The notes beneath the pieces were generated by a model, which saw nothing but the letters and a program-made list of their open reading frames with translations, was not told the DNA's origin and did no database searches. A DNA stretch of 64,000 nucleotides, from positions 62,001 through 126,000 of the forward strand of contig NW_003314338.1 of assembly GCF_000143415.4 (NCBI RefSeq), given 5' to 3'. This document shows, one piece after another, positions 1-10,473 of this stretch. This stretch comes from Selaginella moellendorffii (taxonomy: Eukaryota; Plantae; Lycopodiophyta). Position numbers and translations under genes: made by a program. How positions within the stretch are numbered: position 1 is the first letter of the stretch; every line of letters begins with the position of its first letter.

Positions 1-212
1 CCATCAACCTGTGCCATGACACTCGCACCGCACTGAGCTAGCGTGGATTTGCTTCGTTTGCTGCAACGAAGCAAACGTACCTGCTGGCGCAAGGAGCAGG
101 ATGGCGATGGAAGCGAATAGGGCAGGAGCTTCCCGCACGGGCACCTCTTTGGCCTCTACCCCGAGCTCCTGCCACATTGTTACCTTTAGGTCATTCACAG
201 GTAGGTAGCGAG

Positions 213-2639
213 ATGGCCGTGGCCAAGAGGGGAGGAGGAGCAGGAGGAGGAGCGGCGGCGGCAGGGCAAGAGGACGAATCCACGACGCTGGCATCCGCGA
301 TTGGCAATGGTGAGGATCTGGGCACTTTGATCCGCGCGGCATTCGAGATTGGACGGCCGGAGGCCCTGCTCCAGCAGCTCAAGGGCTTCGTCAAGAGCAA
401 GGAGGGCGAGATCGAGGAGCTGTGCCGGGTGCACTACGAGGAGTTTATCCGCGCGGTGGACGAGCTGCGCAACGTGCTCGTCGACGCCGAGGAGCTCAAG
501 AAGCGCCTCGCCGACGACAATGCGCAGATGCAAGAGGTGGGAAGATCGCTGCTGAGCTGCCTCGAGGAGCTCATCCAGTGGCACGCCACCCGTGCCAACG
601 TAGCGGCCGCGGTGGAGGCGCTGCTCCACTGCAGCGGCGCCGTGGAGGCGTGCAGCCGCGTCAACTCTCACGTCGAGCGCGACGAGCTCTACCCGGCGCT
701 CAAGGCAGTGGACTGCGTGGAGCGCGACTACTTGCAGCAGCGCAAGATGCCCGCCACCGCGCTGGCCAGCGCGCTGGAGCAGCACATCCCGCGCTTCCGG
801 GGCTACGTGGAAAAGAAGGTGAGCGCGGAGTTTAGCGACTGGCTGGTGGACATCCGCGGGGTGGCACGGGACATCGGGCAGCTGTCCATGGGTGCCGCCT
901 CAAGCGCTCGGCAGCGGGAGGAGGAGATGCGGGGGCGGCAGCGGCAGGCCGAGGAGCAGAGCCGCTGGGGTGGCGGCGGCGGGGGTGGCGGCGGAGGTGA
1001 CCAGGAGCTGCAGTCGTCGTGCTACGTGCTGCTGGTGGACGCGAGTGGCGAGGAAGAGGAGGAAGCCGAGGTGGCCAAGCGCTTACAACTGACGCCCGTG
1101 TACCGTGCGCACTACATCCACGAGTGCCTGGGCCTGGGCGCTCACTTCCGTGCCTACTATCTTGACAACCGGCGTCTCCAGCTCCAGTCTGACCTCCATC
1201 TCCCGCCGGGGCCATTCCTCGAGTGCCACCAGTCGCTCTTTGCCCAGATGGCGGGCTTCTTCATCGTTGAGGAGCGGGTGGCGCGCACCGCCGGCGGCCT
1301 GGTGGATGCCTTGGCGGTGGAGTCGCTGTGGGACACGGCGGTGACGCGCATGGCGTCGCTGGTGGAGGAGCAGCTGATGCGAATGCCGGGGGCCAACCAC
1401 ATTCTGCTCGTGGTGGACAACGCCAGCCTGCTGGCGGCGACGCTGCGCAGCTATGGCTACAACGTGGCGCCGCTGCTCGAGGCGCTGGACCGGTGCCGCG
1501 AGCGCTACCACGAGCTGCTGCTAGCGGAGCGGCGGGCCTCGGTGCACGACGTCCTCGCCAACGACAAGTTCGAGCAGATGCTGCTGCGCAAGGAGTACGA
1601 GTATGGTATGCACGTAACCGCGTTTGGACTGCAGGCCAGCGACGCCACCCCGGCGTTCCCATACGTGGCGCCCTTCTCCGCCAGCGTCCCCAACCTGTGC
1701 CGCATCGTTCGCTCCTTCACGGACGACTCGGTCAGCTTCCTGTCGCACGCCGGCGGCGCGACCGACTACTACGACGCGGTCCGCCAGTACACGGACCGGC
1801 TGCTGTCGACGAGCGTGGCGGAGGCGCTGCTCCGCCTGGTGCGCAGCCCGACCCTGGGCATGTCCCAGGCCATGCAGCTGGCCGCCAACCTCACCGTGCT
1901 GGAGCGCGCATGCGACTTCTTCGCGGCGCACATTGCTCGCAGCTGCGGCGTGCCGCCGCGCCTGGCCGCCCCGCTGCAGTCGCGGGCGGTGCTCCGCAGC
2001 TCCCAGGCGGCGGCGCAGGAGCGGATGCTGGAGCTTGTCAACTCCAAGATCGACGACTTCATGCTGCTGACGGCGCACATCGACTGGACGCCCGACGACG
2101 CGCCCGACCACGGCAACGCCTACCTCAACGAGGTGCTCATCTACCTGGAGACACTCACGCCCAGCGCGCAGGCCATCCTGCCTCCGCACGCCTTCGATCG
2201 CTGGATCCGCGGCGTCCTCACGCACGTGTCCGACTGCATCGTCGCCACCTTTGTGTCGGACGACGTGCGCCGCTTCAACGTGCACTCGGTCATGGGCGTC
2301 GACGCCGACCTGCGGGTGCTCGAGTCGTTTGCGCACGAGCGCTTCGTCTCCACGCCGCAGCTGCAGGGGCTGGGTGGCGGCGCCGATCTCAAGAGCTGCC
2401 TGGCGGAGGCGAGGCAGCTCGTCAACCTGCTGCTGTCCAACCAGCCCGACCTCTTCCTCAACCCCGTGATCCGGGAGAGGAGCTACCCGGCGCTCGACTT
2501 CAAGAAGGTGATGGTGGTGGCGGAGAAGTACAAGGACCTGCCGGATCGCCTCTTCCGCGGTGTTGTGGGAGGGAGCAAGCCGGTCAGCAAGAGGAAGGCA
2601 TTTGAGACGCTGGTGAAGCGGCTCAAGGAGTTTGTATAA
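213..2639 (+). CDS. SEC15: Exocyst complex component SEC15 (intronless CDS)
   Basis: ATG at 213 is in frame with the 820-aa ORF. Recognisable plant SEC15 motifs: SAIGNGEDLG, KEGEIEELCRVHYEEFIRAVDELR, LTPVYRAHYIH, AFPYVAPFS, LVNLLLSNQP..FLNPVIR. Confidence 0.93.
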   Translation: MAVAKRGGGAGGGAAAAGQEDESTTLASAIGNGEDLGTLIRAAFEIGRPEALLQQLKGFVKSKEGEIEELCRVHYEEFIRAVDELRNVLVDAEELKKRLADDNAQMQEVGRSLLSCLEELIQWHATRANVAAAVEALLHCSGAVEACSRVNSHVERDELYPALKAVDCVERDYLQQRKMPATALASALEQHIPRFRGYVEKKVSAEFSDWLVDIRGVARDIGQLSMGAASSARQREEEMRGRQRQAEEQSRWGGGGGGGGGGDQELQSSCYVLLVDASGEEEEEAEVAKRLQLTPVYRAHYIHECLGLGAHFRAYYLDNRRLQLQSDLHLPPGPFLECHQSLFAQMAGFFIVEERVARTAGGLVDALAVESLWDTAVTRMASLVEEQLMRMPGANHILLVVDNASLLAATLRSYGYNVAPLLEALDRCRERYHELLLAERRASVHDVLANDKFEQMLLRKEYEYGMHVTAFGLQASDATPAFPYVAPFSASVPNLCRIVRSFTDDSVSFLSHAGGATDYYDAVRQYTDRLLSTSVAEALLRLVRSPTLGMSQAMQLAANLTVLERACDFFAAHIARSCGVPPRLAAPLQSRAVLRSSQAAAQERMLELVNSKIDDFMLLTAHIDWTPDDAPDHGNAYLNEVLIYLETLTPSAQAILPPHAFDRWIRGVLTHVSDCIVATFVSDDVRRFNVHSVMGVDADLRVLESFAHERFVSTPQLQGLGGGADLKSCLAEARQLVNLLLSNQPDLFLNPVIRERSYPALDFKKVMVVAEKYKDLPDRLFRGVVGGSKPVSKRKAFETLVKRLKEFV

Positions 2640-2682
2640 CAAGCAAGAAGAAAAAACCGAGATACCGATTGCTACCCGGTAG

Positions 2683-3325
2683 TCAGTGAACTTTCTTCTT
2701 CGTGTCCGGCCCCGTCACCGCGACCTGCTGCTGTGCCGTCAAGGAAACCTTGTTCACTTCGTACACGAAGAGGAGCGAGAAGATGAAGCTGCGTTGAGAG
2801 GGAGCGGAGTGAGCAATCTCTTTCTCTTTAGAGACAAGGAGAGGATGGCTCCTTACCATGTGGTGATGCACACTCTATGTACCGCCCCGGCAGCAACGCA
2901 AGCGATGAGCTCCGCCGCAAGCACTGCGCGCACACACCGCAAGAGTTTCAGTCTTTCCTCCACACCAAAACCTTCGTTTTCTACTCACCAGCACCCCATC
3001 CGGTTCGGCTGCCCAGTAACTCCTGGAGGTTGCCAATCATCTGCAGGGAGAGATCGGGGAGATCGCAATCAGCCTACACGCGAAACCACTCGAGACTCAC
3101 AGTGAGCGCGAGGAGGAAGAGGAGCGAGCTGATGAATCCGCCCAGGATGGTGTAGAGCTCTGACGACGCCAGCGTCTTCTTGTTCATCTGCTGCAGGGAC
3201 AGCGTGACAACAAAGACGAGAAATGCGTAGAGCATCGAATTGGGCGGGCTGGTGCCGCTGCTGCGCTTGCTCTTGCCCTTGTGATCTCCGGCCGGAGCGG
3301 CGGCGGCACCAGTGGCGGCAGCCAT
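2683..3325 (-). CDS. KRTCAP2: KRTCAP2/KCP2-like small membrane protein (oligosaccharyltransferase accessory subunit), 4 exons
   Basis: Splicing three short GT-AG introns joins ...LASSELYTILGGFISSLLFLLALT / MIGNLQELLGSRTGWG / VLAAELIACVAAGAVHRVCITTC / FIFSLLFVYEVNKVS...stop. HRVCxTTC and GGFxSSLLF are KRTCAP2 signatures. Confidence 0.85.
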
Positions 3326-3418
3326 CGCGCGGTGAGAGAGAAGAGAGGAATATTGACTTGTGCCCTACCTATACTTTTTACCTAGGGCATTGCTTGCTCG
3401 CTGCTGGGAGCGAGGGAC

Positions 3419-4828
3419 ATGGGAGGGCGCGACACATCTCTAGGGCAAGAGCTCTTCCTCTACGCCGTCAGCGCCGCCTTGAGCTGCCTGGTCCTCTTCG
3501 TTGGGGTGCGCCATCTCGACCCAAATCGCTACCAGGCCAAGAAAGCCGCCGAGCGCAAGAAGGAGATTGCCAAGCGCCTGGGCCGCTCACTGGTGCAAAC
3601 CAACAGCTATGAGGTACTACTCCCTGTTTCCCTGCATTGCTTGCTTCCTCCTAGTAAAATCGCGAGTGTCAACTCTAGGACATGATCGCCTGCGACGTGA
3701 TCAACCCCGAGGACATTGACGTAACCTTCGACTCCATTGGCGGCCTCGAGGACGTCAAGAGCTCGCTGTTCGAGCTCGTCATCCTCCCTCTCCAGCGCCC
3801 GGAGCTGTTTGCTCATGGCAAGCTGCTGGGACCTCAGAAGGGAGTGCTGCTCTACGGGCCTCCCGGCACCGGCAAGACGTTGCTGGCCAAGGCGATTGCC
3901 AAGGAGTCGCGAGCCGTCTTCATCAACGTTCGGATTGCCACTCTCATGTCCAAGTGGTTCGGAGACGCCCAGAAGCTCGGTAAACCTCTCCCCCTCTCCT
4001 CGCTTTCTTGCCAACCGCGTTTCACTTGACTCTTGTTGGTGCAGTCACCGCCGTCTTCTCTCTCGCGTACAAGCTGCAGCCATCCATCATCTTCATCGAC
4101 GAGGTTGACAGCTTTCTGGGCCAGAGGCGTGCGACGGAGCACGAATCCATGACTCACATGAAGACGGAGTTCATGGCACTCTGGGACGGCTTCACAACTG
4201 ACCGTAAGTATGCCGTGGTTGGAAGCCGAAACGAATGAAGAAGCTCCTGAGCTGTGTTGTGTGTGCAGAGAGTGCCAGGGTCATGGTTCTCGCCGCCACC
4301 AACAGGCCATGGGAGCTCGACGAAGCCATCCTCCGCCGGCTTCCCCGCGCGTTCGAGGTGGGCATGCCGGATGCGAGGCAGCGTGCCAGCATTCTGCGGG
4401 TCATTCTCAAAGATGAGGCGGTGGAGGACGAGGTGAACATCGACTATCTGGCGAGCCTGACCGAGAACTACAGTGGCTCCGACTTGACGGAGCTGTGCAA
4501 GCAGGCCGCCTATCTTCCCATAAGAGACCTGCTGGAGAAGGAGAAGAACGGGCACTCGAGCGAGCTACAGGTGACTGAGCTCTCCTCCCAGAGCTTGATT
4601 GATCTCATCTGTGTGGATTGGTGGCAGACGGCCAGGCCTCTCAAGCAGAGCGACTTCGAGACGGTGCTGCAAAACGCTCGCAGTTCCAAGGACGCTGCGT
4701 ACGACTACCAAAACCGGCGGCAGTTTGAGCAGCAGCAGCAGCAGCCGCAGGAGGTGTCCATCACTGACGTTCTGCAGCTCTTGGCGGCGTTTGGTGCCGC
4801 TGGCAACAGCCGAGGCCGTTCCAGCTGA
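3419..4828 (+). CDS. MSP1/ATAD1-like membrane-anchored AAA+ ATPase, multi-exon
   Basis: N-terminal TM segment, Walker A GPPGTGKT, Walker B IIFIDEVD, MKTEFMALWDG, AATNRPWELDEAILRR; four short GT-AG introns. Confidence 0.9.
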
Positions 4829-5041
4829 ACAAACAAGGCCATAAATTCTTCCGGCTTTTTCACATTTTGGCGAGAGCGAGAGCGTGGAAGAGGCGATACA
4901 GGTATTACGTCGATGCCTTGGCTTGCTTCTGGCATGGGCGCAGACAAGAAACGGCACTTAGGTAGCTATAGCCGCGCTTGTACCGTTTGTACGTGTAAAA
5001 TCGATGCAAACCATGCCCTAAATTAAAGAGTAGCGAGCGAG

Positions 5042-7136
5042 ATGAGCTTGGTGGAGGTGTACGCTTGTATGCCCAGTGTGGAGCGTGGGCGGGGAATTCT
5101 CGTGGATGGCGATGCCAGATCGAGCTGGATCATCTACTGCAATGGTCGCAGCGTCGTGATTCGCAGCCTGGTGCAGCCCCTGCTCGTGGATGTCTACTGC
5201 CAGCACGCGTACCTGGTGAGTGTGGCCAGGATCTCGCCGAACGCGCAATGGATAGCCTCGGCGGACGTGTCCGGCATTGTCAGGATCTGGGGCGCCACCG
5301 GGGATCACACACTCAGGCACGAGTACACCGCTCTCTCGGGACGCATCGATGACTTGCAATGGTCACACGATGGCCAGCGCATTGTTGTGTGCGGCGACGG
5401 CAAAGGGAAGTCATTCGTCCGAGCGTTCAGGTGAGTGCCGTGGCTGGCTGGGCTTTGTTTCTGGATGGATTGGTTCCTACAACCATGATGTCTCTATAGC
5501 TGGGACACGGGCACCAGCATTGGAGACTTCGAGGGCAGCTCCAAGCGCGTCTTGAGCTGCGCATTCAAGCCCACGCGGCCGTTCCGGGTCGCCACCGGCG
5601 GGGAAGACTTCGTTGTCAACTTCTACGAGGGTCCGCCTTTCAAGTTCACTGCCTCTCACAGGTATGGTTTCGTTTCTCTGCTTTTCGTTTGCGACACGTT
5701 GATACGAGCTTTGCCAACCAAGAGATCATACCAACTTCGTCAACTGTGTGCGCTTTGCTCCCGACGGCACCAAGTTCGTCACGGCTGGATCCGACAGGAA
5801 GCTCATCGTGTTCGACGGGAAGACGGGTTGCAGAACTGGCCTCGTCTCGTCCTCGTCCGATGGGCACACAGGTAGCATTTACGCTGTGAGCTGGAACGCA
5901 AGCAGCAGCCAAGTAAGACCACCTCGGTGCCGTGTTACATCTCTAAGTCTTTTGCCCAGGTGGTGACAGTATCCGCAGACAAAACCGCTAAGCTGTGGAG
6001 CATAGCGGGAGATGGATCCGGCGGGAGTCTGGAGGCAACTTTCTGCTCGTCGGACGTGCAACTCGGCTGTCTTTGGCTCAACGATTCCATCGTCACCTTC
6101 TCCCTGGATGGCAGGATGAACGTTTTGTCAGCAACCGGAGACCTGACGGCACCAGACAAGGTGCTCTCCGGACACTCCAAGAGCATCACGGCTGTTTCCG
6201 CATCGGGCACGGACATTTACTCGAGCAGCTACGACGGGGTCATTGTCAAGTGGAGACGTGGAGAGGGCTTTGTAGCTCGCCTCGACGGCAATGGCTTCTC
6301 CTCCAGTGTCTCCGGCTTGGGAGCTGTTGCTGGGAGTGAGGATACATTTGTGGCATGCGGGCAAACCAAGGTATGGTATGCCACCTTTACTCGGTACTCT
6401 AACCGAGCTTTTGGATCTCACAGCTCTCAAGAATTGTGGGAGGAACCGAGAGCACGATTGATCTGGGAGCAGCTTGCGTCGGGTTCTCGATTGCTCCCTG
6501 CAGAGATGGTGAGGTGGTGCTGGCCTGCACAGAGCAAGAGCTGATCCTGCTCAGAGACTTTGCTGTCGTCTCCCGGCTATCACTTCCTTTTACAGCTACT
6601 GCTGTTGCAGTCTCCCCAGACGCGAAAGCTGCCATAGTTGGGGACAAAGATGGCAAGCTGCACCTGTTCTCGCTCGGTGAGGACGGGCTGCACCAGGAAG
6701 CCTTGCTCGAACGCCATCGTGCATCTGTCACGGCACTCGAGTTCTCCCCGGATGGCACGATGTTCGCTTCGGGCGATCAAAACCGGGAAGCTTTTGTGTG
6801 GGACGCAGTCAAGAGAGAGGTACAGGTCCCTTTGCATTTTGCTTTCTCTACTTTACTCGCAAGTCTGCGGTTGATGTTCCACTGCAGGTGAAGCTGAAAA
6901 ACATGCTCTATCACACCACGAGCATCCAGTGCATTGCGTGGGCTGTGGACAGCTCCAAGGTTGCGACTGGGGGTGTAGACGGTTGCATCTATGTTTACTA
7001 CGTGGACCGGCCTGCTTCAGCGCGGATATCTATCAGAGGAGCTCATCCGGGCGGTGTGAGCGGCCTGGCCTTCGCAGACGCTAGCGAGCTTGTTAGTGGC
7101 GGGCAAGATGCATTCCTCCGGGTGTGGAAGTCCTAG
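5042..7136 (+). CDS. AIP1: Actin-interacting protein 1 (WD40 repeat, WDR1 family), multi-exon
   Basis: [76 protein letters not shown]; short introns join the exons. Confidence 0.9.
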
Positions 7137-7243
7137 AGCTTGTTGTGTTTGTGTTTGTGTTTCTGGCTTTAAGTTGACACCATGATTGCTCAAAATGGTG
7201 GTTTTCTAAAGCCATGGCCGCCATGGAACTATGGAACTATAGT

Positions 7244-7287
7244 TACGTGATAATCCAATCATTCATTCGTGGGCATGAGGACGTGGC
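7244..7287 (+). promoter_or_regulatory. Candidate light-responsive elements upstream of PRK (ACGT cores TACGTG and GACGTGGC, GATAA, CCAAT)
   Basis: Motifs lie about 190-230 bp upstream of the PRK ATG; function is inferred only from motif resemblance. Confidence 0.3.
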
Positions 7288-7473
7288 AGGCCATCTCCTG
7301 AGCACCACACAATCTTCCCTCCACTGCTGAGAGAGGAGGGGCTTGGCTTAGTGCACGCTTGCTCGGGCCTAGCTTCACCACCAGGGGCCATCGCTGCCCT
7401 CTGCGCTCGACGCACTGTGGCTTGATTACTCGCTTACACTCCGCATTGGAGTGTTTTGTTTGATTGATCGACC

Positions 7474-9002
7474 ATGGCAGCGGCTTGCAGCAGCAGCGGC
7501 AGCAGCAGCCGAATTGGGTGGTTCCAGGCTAGCTCCAGTAGCAGCAACATCGGCATACTGCAGCACCACCCGTGGAGAGGATCGCATGCCTCTTCATTGT
7601 TTTCCTTCCCCAAGCTCGGAGCCCGGATTGGCAGCAGCAGCGGCGGCAGTGGCAGCAGCGGCACCAGCAGCAGCAACAGGGTGAGAGTCCTGGTTTGTTG
7701 TGCGGCTGGTGGCGATGGCAAGACGATTGTGATTGGTCTGGCAGCGGACTCTGGGTGCGGCAAGAGCACATTCATGAGGCGGCTGACGAGCGTGTTTGGG
7801 GGAGCAGCGTCGCCTCCTAAAGGTGGGAATCCCGACTCCAACACGCTCATCAGCGACACCACCACGGTCATCTGCCTGGACGACTACCACTCGCTGGACA
7901 GGACGGGCAGGAAGGAGAAAGGGGTGACGGCCCTGGATCCGAAGGCCAACAATTTCGATCTTATGTACGAGCAGGTCAAGGCACTCAAGGAAGGCAAAGC
8001 TGTCCAGAAGCCCATCTACAACCACGTATCAGGGTTGCTTGACCCTCCGGAACTCATCCAGCCACCTAAGATCCTTGTCATTGAAGGTCTCCACCCCATG
8101 TAAGTAAGCTTTAACTTGAAAGACTAAGTTGACGCGCCAACATGACGGTCTTGTTGTGTTTCCAAGGTTCGATTCTAGAGTGAGAGAGCTCCTCGACTTC
8201 AGTATATACCTTGATATCAGCGATGCTGTCAAGTTTGCTTGGAAGATCCAGGTGAGTGGGTGCAAACATAAGTCTTTTGTATTGAAACTCTTTGGCAGCG
8301 AGATATGGCCGAGAGGGGACACAGCCTGGAGAGCATCAAGGCCAGCATTGCTGCCCGCAAGCCCGACTTTGATGCTTACATAGGTGACCATTTGATTTGC
8401 TTTCAAGATATGTATATCAAGCTGCGGTGTTGAAACAGACACACAGAAGCAGTACGCAGACGTGGTGATTCAAGTGCTTCCCACGCAGCTCATTCCAGAC
8501 GACAACGAAGGCAAAGTACTTCGCGTTCGGATGATCATGAAAGAGGGCGTTGACAACTTTGAGCCCGTCTACCTGTTTGACGAAGGCTCCACAATCTCGT
8601 GGATACCTTGCGGGAGGAAGCTCACGTGTTCTTACCCGGGGATTAAGTTCTTCTACGGCCCAGACACTTACTATGACAACGAGGTGAGTTTGATTGCTCA
8701 CTGAGCTTTGAACAGTGGCGAACCATTACTGTGCAATGCAGGTGTCAGTGCTGGAGATGGATGGACAGTTTGACAAACTGGACGAGCTCATCTACGTGGA
8801 AAGCCACCTGAGCAACATCTCGACCCGCTTCTACGGGGAGATCACGCAGCAAATGCTCAAGCACGCCGACTTCCCGGGCAGCAACAACGGCACGGGCTTG
8901 TTCCAGACCATTGTGGGCCTCAAGATCAGAGATGTGTTTGAGCGCATCACCTCCAAGCAAGGCTCCCCCGTTGGGGCGGCAGCAGCCACCTCCAAGGTCT
9001 AA
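7474..9002 (+). CDS. PRK: Phosphoribulokinase, chloroplastic, multi-exon
   Basis: Ser-rich transit peptide, IVIGLAADSGCGKST, TVICLDDYHSLDR, IEGLHPM, WIPCGRKLTCSYPG, HADFPGSNNGTG. Confidence 0.95.
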
Positions 9003-9131
9003 TTATTGCTGTATCGTATCACGTTATCCTTTTACGATAAAGATGACATATAGATAAATATATAATAGACCAAACCCTATTTTCAAGTGTTTCCAAGTGT
9101 TTCCACGTAGAGCGAGAAGAGGGCGGTGATT

Positions 9132-10316
9132 ATGGGCGATGTCCAAGAGCAGGAGAACCTGGGCGCCTGGCTGGTGGCGGCCAACACAATTCGCGTGGAG
9201 CCGTTTAAGCTGCCCCCGACTGGCAGCGATGAAGTTAAGGTCCAGATGAAGGCGGTCGGTATCTGTGGCAGCGATGTCCACTACTACCGGGTAAGCTTGA
9301 TTGTGAACTTGATCCCGTGGATTCCTCATCTTTGCTTGATGTAGCACCTCCGTTGCGCGGATTTCGTGGTGACAGAGCCGATGGTGATCGGGCACGAGTG
9401 CGCGGGGCTGGTTGTGGAGGTGGGCAGCAATGTGAAGCATCTCAAGGTTGGGGACCGCGTGGCGCTGGAGCCCGGCGTCTCGTGTAGCCACTGCACACAC
9501 TGCAAGACCGGCTCCTACAACCTCTGCCCCGAGATGAAGTTCTTCGCCACGCCCCCCATCCATGGATCGCTCGCAAACTACGTAAGTAATCGTGTCTATG
9601 GAACTATGGAACTCACTTTGTGATGGAACTCACAGGTGGTCCATCCGGCGGAGCTGTGCTTCAAGCTGCCGGATGGCGTGTCCGTGGAGGAGGGCGCTAT
9701 GTGTGAGCCGCTGAGCGTGGGTGTCCACGGGTGCCGGAGGGCGGGCATCGTCCCAGGCGTCCGGCTCCTCGTGCTGGGTGCCGGACCCATCGGCCTGGTG
9801 ACAATGCTGGCGGCCAGAGCCTTCGGCGCCACACGGATCGTGGTCACGGACGTGGACGCGTCTCGCCTGGCGGTGGCTGCGCAGCTGGGAGCGCCGGACG
9901 TGATCACGGTGCTGGTGTCGACCAAGACCGAGGACGTGGAGGCGGAGGTGCGCGAGATCCAGGGCGTGGCCGGGGGAGAGGTGGACGTGGCCATGGACTG
10001 CGTGGGGGTGGGCAAGACGATGCTGACGGCGCTGCGAGCGAGCAAGGCGGGGGGCAAGGTGTGCCTCATCGGCATGGGGCACACCGAGATGACGCTGCCG
10101 CTCACGGGCGCGGCGGCGGCGCGAGAGGTGGACGTGGTGGGCGTTTTTCGTTACCGCAACACGTACCCGCTGTGCATCCAGCTGCTCGAGTCGAAGCGCA
10201 TCGATGTCAAGCCGCTCATCACGCACCGCTTTGGATTCTCGCAGCAGGAGGTTGTGGAGGCGTTTGAGACGAGTGCCAAAGGTGGCAGCGCCATCAAGGT
10301 CATGTTCAACCTCTAG
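9132..10316 (+). CDS. SDH: Sorbitol dehydrogenase / L-idonate dehydrogenase family (Zn-dependent MDR), 3 exons
   Basis: [15 protein letters not shown], structural Zn CxxCxxCx7[37 protein letters not shown]. Confidence 0.92.
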
Positions 10317-10473
10317 ATCCTCGTATTACATCTATGGTTCTATGGTTCTATCGTTCCCTTGTGAAACGAATTGGCATTGTCCGCGCTAGGTAGCGCTTAA
10401 GCGAGAGGAGAGAGACAGAATAGAGCCTAGTTTTAGGGCAAGGGCACATTGTTTGGAGGGAGGAGGAGAGATC

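Noticed and set aside
1328-2642. Long alternative-frame and antisense ORFs (425 aa, 373 aa) over SEC15, and similar ones over SDH
   Set aside because: Expected shadows of very high GC3 codon usage; no recognisable protein.
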